Source: a virus (Duplodnaviria > Heunggongvirae > Uroviricota > Caudoviricetes). From it: a stretch of 42,916 nt of DNA. How positions within the stretch are numbered: position 1 is the stretch's first letter; each line of letters opens with the position of its first letter. The notes under the pieces are model-generated. The model did not search any database. It had not been told where the DNA came from and saw only the letters and a program-made list of their open reading frames with translations. Shown one piece after another: positions 1 to 7,990 of the stretch. The stretch lies in the IMG/VR virus record IMGVR_UViG_3300034157_000063. One strand, given 5' to 3'. Both the position numbers and the translations under genes were made by a program.

Positions 1-644
1 TGAGAAACCCATGCAATAGCAGCCGGACTGGCTGCAACACCTTCTTTCCATTCTGATGACCCGTATCTGAATTCACAAGTTTTATTAGATTTTTGGAAAT
101 AAGCATTCACTCTAAATGCTCCGTCAGGCGACTTAATAATGGTTCCTGTTGTGTTAGGCTTAATGCCATACAAGCCAGTTATCATGCCCAAGTCTTTAAT
201 CGTTGTAGAGCCTGCTGATTTAGCAAATGGAAGGATGAACCCCTGCTGTGTGCCGACTGATGGTCGAGTGGTTGAACGATAATTTATTTGATCAATTTCT
301 GATTCAACTGGACCTACAAACCTGACCTCAGCCGTTGTGTTGTTTTGTTCTCTTTTTTGAACTTTTCTTATCTTGGTCGTGGTGCAACCCGTACCTGCTT
401 GCTCAAATGATTCACCTGCAATAACGCTACTGGTAGCTGGCAACCATTTTTCACATACAAATTTTTGACTGTCCTGCCAATCTGTATATAAAGGAGTGAT
501 TGTGTTCCATGTTTGATTCATGTGAATAGGATCTTCTGCTAAGGCATTAAAACTAAAACCTAATTGCCCAGCTATGTATACACTCAGACCGATTATAACA
601 ATGGGTGCTATTATATTATTTTTATTTTTGTTATTATTTTTCAT
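1..644 (-). CDS. Exported protein, truncated at the window edge; carries a CxxWxP...GESFEQ...C...R.VQ.REQ module
   Basis: Hand translation from ATG 644: MKNNNKNKNNIIAPIVIIGLSVYIAGQLGFSFNALAEDPIH..., open to base 1. Hydrophobic N-terminus ending in ALA. Not in the supplied ORF track. Confidence 0.8.
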   Translation of the reverse strand, partial: MKNNNKNKNNIIAPIVIIGLSVYIAGQLGFSFNALAEDPIHMNQTWNTITPLYTDWQDSQKFVCEKWLPATSSVIAGESFEQAGTGCTTTKIRKVQKREQNNTTAEVRFVGPVESEIDQINYRSTTRPSVGTQQGFILPFAKSAGSTTIKDLGMITGLYGIKPNTTGTIIKSPDGAFRVNAYFQKSNKTCEFRYGSSEWKEGVAASPAAIAWVS

Positions 645-729
645 TAATAAATACCTTTTTTTAATATTTTAATATATAGCATTATAATGTCAATTAGATT
701 ATTAATAATCTTTCAAAATTAATGCTCGA

Positions 730-759
730 TTGACAATCATTCATCAATTGATGTATAAT
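730..759 (+). promoter_or_regulatory. sigma70-type promoter
   Basis: TTGACA-N18-TATAAT upstream of ORF 789; the spacer contains the perfect palindrome CATCAATTGATG. Confidence 0.7.
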
Positions 760-788
760 ACGCACTAACTTTTAAATGGATTCTTACT

Positions 789-1166
789 ATGGCGATTTTA
801 AAAATGAAGTTATCGGATAGATTTACATGGAAACAAGGTCGGCAGTCTTCTGGATACAGTAAGATTTCGCTGATTCAAGCTATGTGGCCTATTCCTTTTG
901 ACCTCTATTTACTTAAATTTCCAGAAGGTTCTCAAATCCCTGAGCATGTTGACAAAGTGGATGAAGGATTTAGGCATTACCGTTTAAATATTATCTTGAA
1001 AAAGTCTCTTTCTGGTGGTGAGTTCATGGCTGAAAATAGCATTATTAACTGGCCTAGAATTAAGTTTTTTAGACCCGACATCTCAAAACACTCAGTGACA
1101 AAGGTTGTGGGGGGTTCAAGGTATGTATTAAGTTTTGGATTTTTATTAAAAAATAAGGTGAAATAA
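789..1166 (+). CDS. 2OG-Fe(II) oxygenase superfamily protein
   Basis: HxD (IPEHVD), distal His (HSVT) and Arg (GSRYVLSFG) of the double-stranded beta-helix fold. Confidence 0.7.
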   Translation: MAILKMKLSDRFTWKQGRQSSGYSKISLIQAMWPIPFDLYLLKFPEGSQIPEHVDKVDEGFRHYRLNIILKKSLSGGEFMAENSIINWPRIKFFRPDISKHSVTKVVGGSRYVLSFGFLLKNKVK

Positions 1167-1168
1167 TT

Positions 1169-1423
1169 ATGAGTGAAGCTTGCTGTAAACACGCACATGT
1201 CCCCTATATTATGGGTGAACGTGCTATTAAAAAAGACTTTCTGGTTGAAAATTTTGGTGATACTGCCACTTTTGAACACAGGATTGAAGCTAATCCCTAC
1301 AATACACCAGAAAAAAAGCTAAGAGATATCAATGTTACTTATGTTATTAAAGACAAAGTAGAAATTAAACTGTGTACCTGTGAATGTCATGTCCAAGGTA
1401 TGGGACTGTACGTTTTACATTAA
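1169..1423 (+). CDS. Small Cys/His-rich putative metal-binding protein, paralog 1 of 3
   Basis: N-terminal CCKH, C-terminal LCTCECH, terminal His. Confidence 0.8.
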   Translation: MSEACCKHAHVPYIMGERAIKKDFLVENFGDTATFEHRIEANPYNTPEKKLRDINVTYVIKDKVEIKLCTCECHVQGMGLYVLH

Positions 1424-1438
1424 ATTAGGAGAATCACT

Positions 1439-1690
1439 ATGAGAGCTTGTTGCCAACATGATGGTATCAGATTTATTGAAATGGATAAAAGTGTTAACAA
1501 GTCTTTCCTGACTAAACACTTTGGCCCAGAAGCGACCACTGTTTATCGAAAAGAACCCCATCCATTTAGTTCAATTAGAAGACAACTTCCTGATCAGGAT
1601 ATTTTATATGTTCTTCATGATGGTCAAGAAACCAAATTGTGTGATTGCGATTGTCATCTGAACGACCCAAACTTATGTGTTATGCATTAA
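1439..1690 (+). CDS. Small Cys/His-rich putative metal-binding protein, paralog 2 of 3
   Basis: CCQH...LCDCDCH...MH; SD GGAG. Confidence 0.8.
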   Translation: MRACCQHDGIRFIEMDKSVNKSFLTKHFGPEATTVYRKEPHPFSSIRRQLPDQDILYVLHDGQETKLCDCDCHLNDPNLCVMH

Positions 1691-1712
1691 ATAGAACTAG
1701 GAGCAATAAATT

Positions 1713-1955
1713 ATGGTAATGCCATGTTGTAATCACTGTTATAAAAAATATATCAAGGCTGATGGCGAGATTAGTCAGCAATTTGTTGAGTCTGCTTTTG
1801 GTAAAGGATCTGTGATTGAAGTTCGTCAAGAATCTAATCCATTTACTCGCAATAATCTACCGTTACTGGAACGAACTTATGTGATTAATGGTAAAAAAGA
1901 AGAATCCCTTTGCACATGTGCTTGTCATGTCGAAGGCATTAATTGTATGCATTAA
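1713..1955 (+). CDS. Small Cys/His-rich putative metal-binding protein, paralog 3 of 3
   Basis: CCNH...LCTCACH...MH; SD AGGAG. Confidence 0.8.
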   Translation: MVMPCCNHCYKKYIKADGEISQQFVESAFGKGSVIEVRQESNPFTRNNLPLLERTYVINGKKEESLCTCACHVEGINCMH

Positions 1956-2046
1956 GACAATTAGATAAATGAAACAATTGAAAAAAAAATCTGTATCTGT
2001 TATACTTCGTTTATGTAGTGTGCTTGTTTAACTTAGAGGAATTACA

Positions 2047-2850
2047 ATGATTGATTTACAACAAAAGTTAGTTAAAAATTCGATGGTTTTTGATCGAAAG
2101 AACTTATTTCAGCGAAATACTAAACTGACTGAGGAAATGGGTGAGTTGGGTGAGGCTATTGTGCTTAATGACCGCTCAGAAATGCTTGAAGAAACCATTG
2201 ATACCTTGCTGGTAGCGGTTTCTATTCACCTTGACCTTGTTGAAGATTTTGAAAGCCTTAATACTATCATTGATGATGCTTTTTCCCAAAGCAGCACTTA
2301 TCAAAGTGAAAAAGTCCATATGGCTTTTATTACATTGACAGGTTATGTAGGCCGCTTTGCAGAAGCCATTCAGAAATATTCAGGCGTTGCCACTAGCTCT
2401 TACAAGGGAAAAGTCTCAAAAGAAGAAGTCCTTTCACGTATTGATAAAGTTATCGAACAATGTGCTGTTCTGATGGCTATGCAAACAAGTAATCATGATA
2501 TTGTGAATGAAATCATTTTGAAAAAGAATGAAAAATGGCTCAATCATGCACGAAAAGGTTATTTACTTGCTGATGTCAACCAAGCTGTTTACATCACAAA
2601 AGGTTCTAATATAGTGACAGAAATTAGAGAAAATTTGAAAGCAATGGATACGGTTAATGCTGTCTTTATTGACTACGAAGAACTGGCTCATCGCCTTTCC
2701 GATTTAAGTGATATTGAATCGGTTATTCATATTGATGAACGTTATGATGACAAAAAAGACATTGTTATGTTAACCAATGTGCCTGTTGGGGTTGCTGATA
2801 GACTGGTTAGTGTTAAAACTTATTTTAAAATTATTGCATTTGTAAACTAA
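2047..2850 (+). CDS. MazG-like nucleotide pyrophosphohydrolase domain protein
   Basis: KLTEEMGELGEAI...LEETID (EExxE...ExxD) followed by a second, degenerate MazG-like helical repeat (VGRFAEAIQKYSG...KEEV). Confidence 0.7.
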   Translation: MIDLQQKLVKNSMVFDRKNLFQRNTKLTEEMGELGEAIVLNDRSEMLEETIDTLLVAVSIHLDLVEDFESLNTIIDDAFSQSSTYQSEKVHMAFITLTGYVGRFAEAIQKYSGVATSSYKGKVSKEEVLSRIDKVIEQCAVLMAMQTSNHDIVNEIILKKNEKWLNHARKGYLLADVNQAVYITKGSNIVTEIRENLKAMDTVNAVFIDYEELAHRLSDLSDIESVIHIDERYDDKKDIVMLTNVPVGVADRLVSVKTYFKIIAFVN

Positions 2851-2872
2851 AAAAGGCTCATAAGAGCCTTTT
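2851..2872 (+). terminator. Intrinsic terminator
   Basis: AAAAGGCTC-ATAA-GAGCCTTTT. Confidence 0.7.
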
Positions 2873-2910
2873 GTTCTTTAATTAACAGTAAAACTAAAGG
2901 AGATTTTATC

Positions 2911-3327
2911 ATGTTAAAGACAGTAAAAAAGCTTTTCGGATTTAAAGTTAAAGAAACTGAAGAAAAGGTTAGTATTTCGACCGTGGAACACGCCAAAAAA
3001 GAAGACCATGATCGTATCTTAGCAAAAGCTAGGCAAGAAAGAGCGGATCGTGAAAGGCGTGATCGTGAACGTATGCGAACATCTGACAGTGGCAGCGATG
3101 TATATTTAAGCCCATATCATCCATTGAATCCTATTCATAACACTTTCGATGATGACGCATCAAGCAAACATCGTAAACATGACAGTGGTTTCTCTGATGG
3201 TGGTAGTCCTGTGTATCATCATAATACACATGTTGGTGACAGTGGTGGTCATAGCCCTAGCAGCCCTAGCGGTGGTGGTGGTGGTGATAGTGGTGGCGGC
3301 GATGGCGGCGGTGGTGGTGGTGATTAA
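2911..3327 (+). CDS. Hypothetical protein with Gly/Ser/Asp low-complexity C-terminus
   Basis: SD GGAG; charged N-terminal half and SGGGGGDSGGGDGGGGGD tail. Confidence 0.75.
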   Translation: MLKTVKKLFGFKVKETEEKVSISTVEHAKKEDHDRILAKARQERADRERRDRERMRTSDSGSDVYLSPYHPLNPIHNTFDDDASSKHRKHDSGFSDGGSPVYHHNTHVGDSGGHSPSSPSGGGGGDSGGGDGGGGGGD

Positions 3328-3328
3328 T

Positions 3329-3351
3329 AAAGTCTCTTCGGAGGCTTTTTT
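3329..3351 (+). terminator. Intrinsic terminator
   Basis: AAAGTCTC-TTCG-GAGGCTTT plus T-run. Confidence 0.75.
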
Positions 3352-3352
3352 G

Positions 3353-3381
3353 TTGACCAAAATTTAAATGTTTGCTATACT
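3353..3381 (+). promoter_or_regulatory. sigma70-type promoter
   Basis: TTGACC-N17-TATACT. Confidence 0.7.
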
Positions 3382-3413
3382 CTCTCCATAGAAAACAAAC
3401 AGGATTAAATCAA

Positions 3414-4322
3414 ATGTTTAAAGTAATCACGCACTCTCAACAATTTCACCTTGACGAATTGATGGCTGTTGCCCTTTTGGAACTGTATGTATTCAAGGGT
3501 GAAAAGTTTGAACTCAGTCGCACCCGTGATAAAACGATTGTTGCTGCAGGTCAAGATGATGCTAACACCTTTGTGATTGACGTAGGCTTGAAATATGATC
3601 CAGCTATGCGTAACTTTGACCATCACCAGAACGACAGTAGCCTTTGCTGGCCTGATGGGGTTCCCTTGTCTTCTTGTGGTATGGTTTGGAAATGGCTTCG
3701 AGACAACAAGATTCTTCATCAGAAGATGAATGATGAAACAATGGATATCTTTGAACGTGATTTTATTCGCCGTGTGGATATGCAAGATAACGGTATTTCA
3801 AAATTCAGTGATTGTAACTTCTTGGTGATGTACAATCGTAAGCCCGATGATCCTCGTGAACAAGATAAACAGTTCATGTATGCTCTGAAAGCAGCGAAGT
3901 CTCATTTGATTAACTATTTTGCGTATGTTCGTGGTAATATGAAAGCAGAGAAATCCATTGTAAAAGCTATCAAAAACAGTGAGCAATATAAAGACATTGT
4001 AGTCTGTGATAGTAACATCAAGGATGCTGCTAAACGTATTTCTCAGTTGACTGATAAAAAGATGGTTATCTATCCTCACAGTAATGGGGCATGGGCTATC
4101 GAAACCGTTCCATTGAATGCGAACGATGAGTATTCGAAGAAAATCCCAGCCCCGAAAGAGTGGTTGGGATTGAGCGGAGAAGAACTGGAAAAAGCTTCTG
4201 GTATTAAAGGCTTGTTCTTTTGCCATAAGGGGGCTTTTATCACCATGTTTAGAGGCGAGCTTGATGACGCAATTAAAGTTGCTCGTGTGATGATTTTGAA
4301 ACATGAAGGCCACATTCAGTAG
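3414..4322 (+). CDS. MYG1 (UPF0160) family nuclease/hydrolase
   Basis: THSQQFHLDELMA, RTRD, DVG..YDP...FDHHQ, LSSCGMVW; start moved to ATG 3414 after SD AGGA. Confidence 0.85.
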   Translation: MFKVITHSQQFHLDELMAVALLELYVFKGEKFELSRTRDKTIVAAGQDDANTFVIDVGLKYDPAMRNFDHHQNDSSLCWPDGVPLSSCGMVWKWLRDNKILHQKMNDETMDIFERDFIRRVDMQDNGISKFSDCNFLVMYNRKPDDPREQDKQFMYALKAAKSHLINYFAYVRGNMKAEKSIVKAIKNSEQYKDIVVCDSNIKDAAKRISQLTDKKMVIYPHSNGAWAIETVPLNANDEYSKKIPAPKEWLGLSGEELEKASGIKGLFFCHKGAFITMFRGELDDAIKVARVMILKHEGHIQ

Positions 4323-4348
4323 CCTTCTTTATTAAAAGGAGTATTGGT

Positions 4349-4594
4349 ATGCAAGAAAATAAAGTAATGGGCACTATTTGTAATGAACAAGCTGTTCAAG
4401 CTTTTGTTGCACAGTCCGAACGCGATAACATTCCACTGGTGGTTATCAATGATGAAATTGATTTCTCAACGGATGTCATTTCCATGATTAAACATCATCA
4501 AAACCATAACCTTGATTTGATGATTGTGGTGGCTGAGCATGTAGCACTGAATAAATCAATGGCTCCTGAACTGTTGAATGTTCGTTGGATCTAA
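4349..4594 (+). CDS. Hypothetical protein
   Basis: ORF with SD AGGAG. Confidence 0.7.
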   Translation: MQENKVMGTICNEQAVQAFVAQSERDNIPLVVINDEIDFSTDVISMIKHHQNHNLDLMIVVAEHVALNKSMAPELLNVRWI

Positions 4595-4605
4595 TCGGTC
4601 TTTGA

Positions 4606-4635
4606 GAGACGGTGGATAGCCCACCGTTTCTTTTT
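4606..4635 (+). terminator. Intrinsic terminator
   Basis: GAGACGGTGG-N5-CCACCGTTTC plus T-run. Confidence 0.75.
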
Positions 4636-4661
4636 GAAACACTTTACCTGTCCTTAAAACC

Positions 4662-4690
4662 TTGATGTTTATGAGTGCTTATAGTATAAT
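4662..4690 (+). promoter_or_regulatory. sigma70-type promoter
   Basis: TTGATG-N17-TATAAT. Confidence 0.6.
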
Positions 4691-4715
4691 AGGCAGATTA
4701 ACAAGGAGATTAAAA

Positions 4716-4931
4716 ATGCCCATCAAAAAGTCTAGTCAAAAAGTCACTAAAACGAATGTAAGTGATAAATGGATTTCAGGTGTGATCGGTGGTATTTGTA
4801 AAGCGTATGGCTTTAACCCATTCTTGGTGCGTCTTGCATTCCTAGCACTTATCCTCTTTACATCAGGTGCTTTCATTCTGTTGTATATTGTGCTTGCGTG
4901 TTTAATGCCCAGCGAAGTTGAAGCTCAATAA
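4716..4931 (+). CDS. PspC-domain membrane protein
   Basis: DKWISGVIGGI...LVRLAF...ILLYIVLACLMP; start ATG 4716 after AAGGAG. Confidence 0.85.
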   Translation: MPIKKSSQKVTKTNVSDKWISGVIGGICKAYGFNPFLVRLAFLALILFTSGAFILLYIVLACLMPSEVEAQ

Positions 4932-4962
4932 TTTAATTTTTTAATAAGCGGAGTATTATTAT

Positions 4963-5520
4963 ATGTCTCAAAAAATCTATATTGCTGGCCCAGATGTCTT
5001 CTACCCAAGAGCTGTTGAAATTGGAGAAGCTAAAAAAGCAATCTGTGCCAAATATGGTTTTGTGGGAGTTTTCCCACTGGATCTATTGCCAAAAGATCTC
5101 TTTTCTAATCCACGTTATAACAATGCTCAACGTGCTGACATTTGTAAGAAGGCTTGTATTGAAGGCGTTCGCTCGTGTGACATCGTTGTGGCAAACATGT
5201 CTCCATTCCGTGGTACAGGTATGGACGTAGGTACCGCTGCTGAAATGGCCGCTGCTGACATGATTCACAAACCTGTTTATGGTTACTCAACCGACAGTCG
5301 CACTTACCTTGAAAAGCTTATTGCTACTGGCGAAATTGTTTTTCTTGATGGTTGCTACTTAGATTCAGAAGGTCAAATCATTGAAAACTTGGATCGCATT
5401 GACAACTGCATGGTGACTGAATGCTGCCAGAAGATTATTTTCCCTGATGACAAGTCCACCACTAACCTTGAAGTATTTGAAAAAGCGATTGCTTATATTC
5501 ATGAAAAATTTAAAGAGTAA
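4963..5520 (+). CDS. Nucleoside 2-deoxyribosyltransferase family protein
   Basis: KIYIAGPDVF, DIVVANMSPFRG, DVGTAAEM, KPVYGY. Confidence 0.85.
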   Translation: MSQKIYIAGPDVFYPRAVEIGEAKKAICAKYGFVGVFPLDLLPKDLFSNPRYNNAQRADICKKACIEGVRSCDIVVANMSPFRGTGMDVGTAAEMAAADMIHKPVYGYSTDSRTYLEKLIATGEIVFLDGCYLDSEGQIIENLDRIDNCMVTECCQKIIFPDDKSTTNLEVFEKAIAYIHEKFKE

Positions 5521-5601
5521 TTGAATTTTAAGGTAAATTGAGCTATAATCTGTTTTCGCGTGTCATCTTAGGGTGACACTTTTTATTTTAAGGAGCTTTT
5601 C

Positions 5602-6132
5602 ATGCAACTTCGACACCTTGTATTAACCAGTATGCTATCTATTTTAGCCTTCTCAACCAGTGCTGCCGAAGCTACTGAGCCTGTTATTAAGAAATCTACT
5701 GAAATTTCTACCTTTGGTATTACACTGGGGCAACCTGTCAAAGATCTTAATGTTCTAAAAGTTGAGACGATGGGCGAAAGATATTCAGTTGAACCTAGTC
5801 ATCCTATTGAATTTTTTGATTCGTATAACGTTACAACCACTCCAGAGTATAATGTTTACAAAGTTTTTGCTTCAGGTGAGATTAAAAACTCTACCTATAC
5901 TTGTAATGAAGCCGCTGCATTTCTCAGTAAAGAATTTGAGAAAACATATGATACAAGTTTGTTTAAACCATTGTCGCCAAAGGTGGGGCAATACATATAC
6001 ATGAGCAAAGATGTTAGTGTTTCTATTATGTGTATTGGACAAAATTTGGGCTATACTTTTGCTTATCAAAAAGACCTTTCAAGTTATCCTGTCCCCATTG
6101 ATAAATTTAAAGAATTTAATATTAAAATTTAA
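5602..6132 (+). CDS. Exported protein, FGIxxG family paralog 1
   Basis: Signal peptide ending AAEA; FGITLG; two conserved Cys. Confidence 0.75.
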   Translation: MQLRHLVLTSMLSILAFSTSAAEATEPVIKKSTEISTFGITLGQPVKDLNVLKVETMGERYSVEPSHPIEFFDSYNVTTTPEYNVYKVFASGEIKNSTYTCNEAAAFLSKEFEKTYDTSLFKPLSPKVGQYIYMSKDVSVSIMCIGQNLGYTFAYQKDLSSYPVPIDKFKEFNIKI

Positions 6133-6138
6133 TTTATT

Positions 6139-6162
6139 AGCCGAATACTGTGTTCGGCTTTT
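6139..6162 (+). terminator. Intrinsic terminator
   Basis: AGCCGAA-N7-TTCGGCTTTT. Confidence 0.6.
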
Positions 6163-6186
6163 CCATTCTTAAAAATAGGAGATATA

Positions 6187-6690
6187 ATGTTTAAATCAAT
6201 AATGCTGTTTATGACACTCGCTTTTTCTGCTTTGACCACATCCGTACAAGCTCAGGATATGCGTATTCAATCCTTTGGTATTGAGCTAGGGTCACCTTAT
6301 AAATATTACAATTACTCAGACTATCGGTTTGGCACAAAGATTAACGTATTACCCCAAAATGATATGCCTAAAGTGTTTAGCCGCTATCAAATCACATTGA
6401 CACCCGAGAACATGGTGCATACTGTTTACGCAGAAGGTAATATGAAAAAGAAAGAGTTTACTTGTCCTGAAATGGCCTATAATCTGGCTGGGATGTTTAA
6501 GAATCATTATCTTCCATCCATTATCTCTTATACGGAACGTGATGGCTTCTATGAATACTCTGGAAGTGATCAACGTGTTAAAATGTATTGCGACGGTGAT
6601 AAAATCTACTATGAAGCCAGTTTGAAGAAAGATCTGGAAGAACCAACGTCTAAGGTATTCACCGTGGAAGGTATTCAAAACAACCTTTAA
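6187..6690 (+). CDS. Exported protein, FGIxxG family paralog 2
   Basis: Signal peptide ending VQA; FGIELG. Confidence 0.75.
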   Translation: MFKSIMLFMTLAFSALTTSVQAQDMRIQSFGIELGSPYKYYNYSDYRFGTKINVLPQNDMPKVFSRYQITLTPENMVHTVYAEGNMKKKEFTCPEMAYNLAGMFKNHYLPSIISYTERDGFYEYSGSDQRVKMYCDGDKIYYEASLKKDLEEPTSKVFTVEGIQNNL

Positions 6691-6774
6691 TAGCCTTTAA
6701 AATATATTTTGCATTCTAGTATTGATAACGTATACTAGAATTGCTTAATATTGTATTTAATTAAAGGATTAATT

Positions 6775-7266
6775 ATGTTATTTAAATTACCCATATTGTT
6801 ATTTTCGTTAGCTTTTTCAACTGTTTCGATGGCTGAACGATTTTCAGTTCCTGATCTAGCCCTTGATGCCTTTGGTATTAAGGTTGGCTCAGAGTATAAA
6901 GATTATCGTTATATCAGTTATCCTTTTAAAACAAAAATCAATATCACACCAGAAAAGCCACTTCCAGAACTTTTTAACCATTATCAAATTGTCTTAAACA
7001 GAGACAGCACTGTTCACTCAGTCTATGCTTATGGGGATGTCTATAAAGATTGGGGATCTTGTGATGTGGATGCTAGAAAACTGTTCCTACAATTACAAGA
7101 CGACTATAAAGGCTTTGTTAATGGCTGGATGGACACTAACCGTTATTATCTACTGTCTGGTAATACTCAGGATTTAATTGTTAAGTGTAACGAGAAGAAT
7201 AGACTCTATTTTATTGCGAAAGTAAAGAAAGAAATTATTCCAGATCCACCGAATATGCCGAAATAA
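6775..7266 (+). CDS. Exported protein, FGIxxG family paralog 3
   Basis: Start ATG 6775 after AAGGA; signal peptide ending SMA; FGIKVG. Confidence 0.75.
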   Translation: MLFKLPILLFSLAFSTVSMAERFSVPDLALDAFGIKVGSEYKDYRYISYPFKTKINITPEKPLPELFNHYQIVLNRDSTVHSVYAYGDVYKDWGSCDVDARKLFLQLQDDYKGFVNGWMDTNRYYLLSGNTQDLIVKCNEKNRLYFIAKVKKEIIPDPPNMPK

Positions 7267-7331
7267 CCTGTAGACAAGTTTTTGATTATCAAGTATAATT
7301 CTTTTTTTATTCAAATGGAGAAGTATACGAG

Positions 7332-7490
7332 ATGTCAGACAAACTAGCAAAGCAAGTAGAACAGAAACTGCAGCAACTGCGTTTTGAAATCAAATCCAAT
7401 GCGGGCTATCTGGACAAGAACCCAGACGTTAAAGATCGCATTGAAGATCGAATCAAAGTGATGGTTGCCAAGTTGGAATCTATTGCGTAA
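7332..7490 (+). CDS. Small helical/coiled-coil protein, 52 aa
   Basis: SD GGAG; MSDKLAKQVEQKLQQLRFEIKSNAGYLDKNPDVKDRIEDRIKVMVAKLESIA; followed by a terminator; absent from the ORF track. Confidence 0.75.
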   Translation: MSDKLAKQVEQKLQQLRFEIKSNAGYLDKNPDVKDRIEDRIKVMVAKLESIA

Positions 7491-7498
7491 CTTATTAG

Positions 7499-7524
7499 AA
7501 TAGTGCTTCGGCACTATTTTTTTT
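7499..7524 (+). terminator. Intrinsic terminator
   Basis: AATAGTGC-TTCG-GCACTATT plus T-run. Confidence 0.85.
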
Positions 7525-7602
7525 GTCTGTTTATATTATTTGCCTATTCTCATAAAAAATGATATAATACACATCAAATTACAGCATTCAGGAGTCAAAA
7601 TT

Positions 7603-7917
7603 TTGAATAAATTTATTACACGAGCTGTGAACCATGTTCGTTACACCACACACGTCATTATCAGTGATGAAGATTTCATTAAAGTTATTAAAGAAGACGA
7701 TTATGTCTTTAATTCCATTGTGAATAATTCATTAGATTGGGATAATTTGGAAAGTTTGATTTTGAACTCATTCTGTTTGTCTATGATTGATAAACGTTGG
7801 CCGACACCAGAAGAACTTTCAAGCATGACTGAGGCTGAATATGACGCCTTTCATGATGAATTTCAAAAAGGGTGTATTCAACATGGTTTTGGGTATGCTA
7901 AAAATACTCAAGAGTAA
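7603..7917 (+). CDS. Hypothetical protein
   Basis: Probable TTG start at 7603 after AGGAG, in frame with track ORF 7540. Confidence 0.65.
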   Translation: MNKFITRAVNHVRYTTHVIISDEDFIKVIKEDDYVFNSIVNNSLDWDNLESLILNSFCLSMIDKRWPTPEELSSMTEAEYDAFHDEFQKGCIQHGFGYAKNTQE

Positions 7918-7990
7918 CAAAACATTTTAATTGTAAGGGTATCTATATCGCCTTCAAGCATATAGTTTAATAATTTATAGGAGTGTCATC

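Noticed and set aside
742-753. Palindrome CATCAATTGATG in a promoter spacer as a recurring operator
   Set aside because: I found no convincing second copy in the window, so a regulon cannot be claimed.
3149-3367. Overlapping hydrophobic (Val-rich) and Thr-rich ORFs on both strands
   Set aside because: Alternative-frame readings of the GGT/GGC repeats encoding the Gly tail of ORF 2911; no SD.
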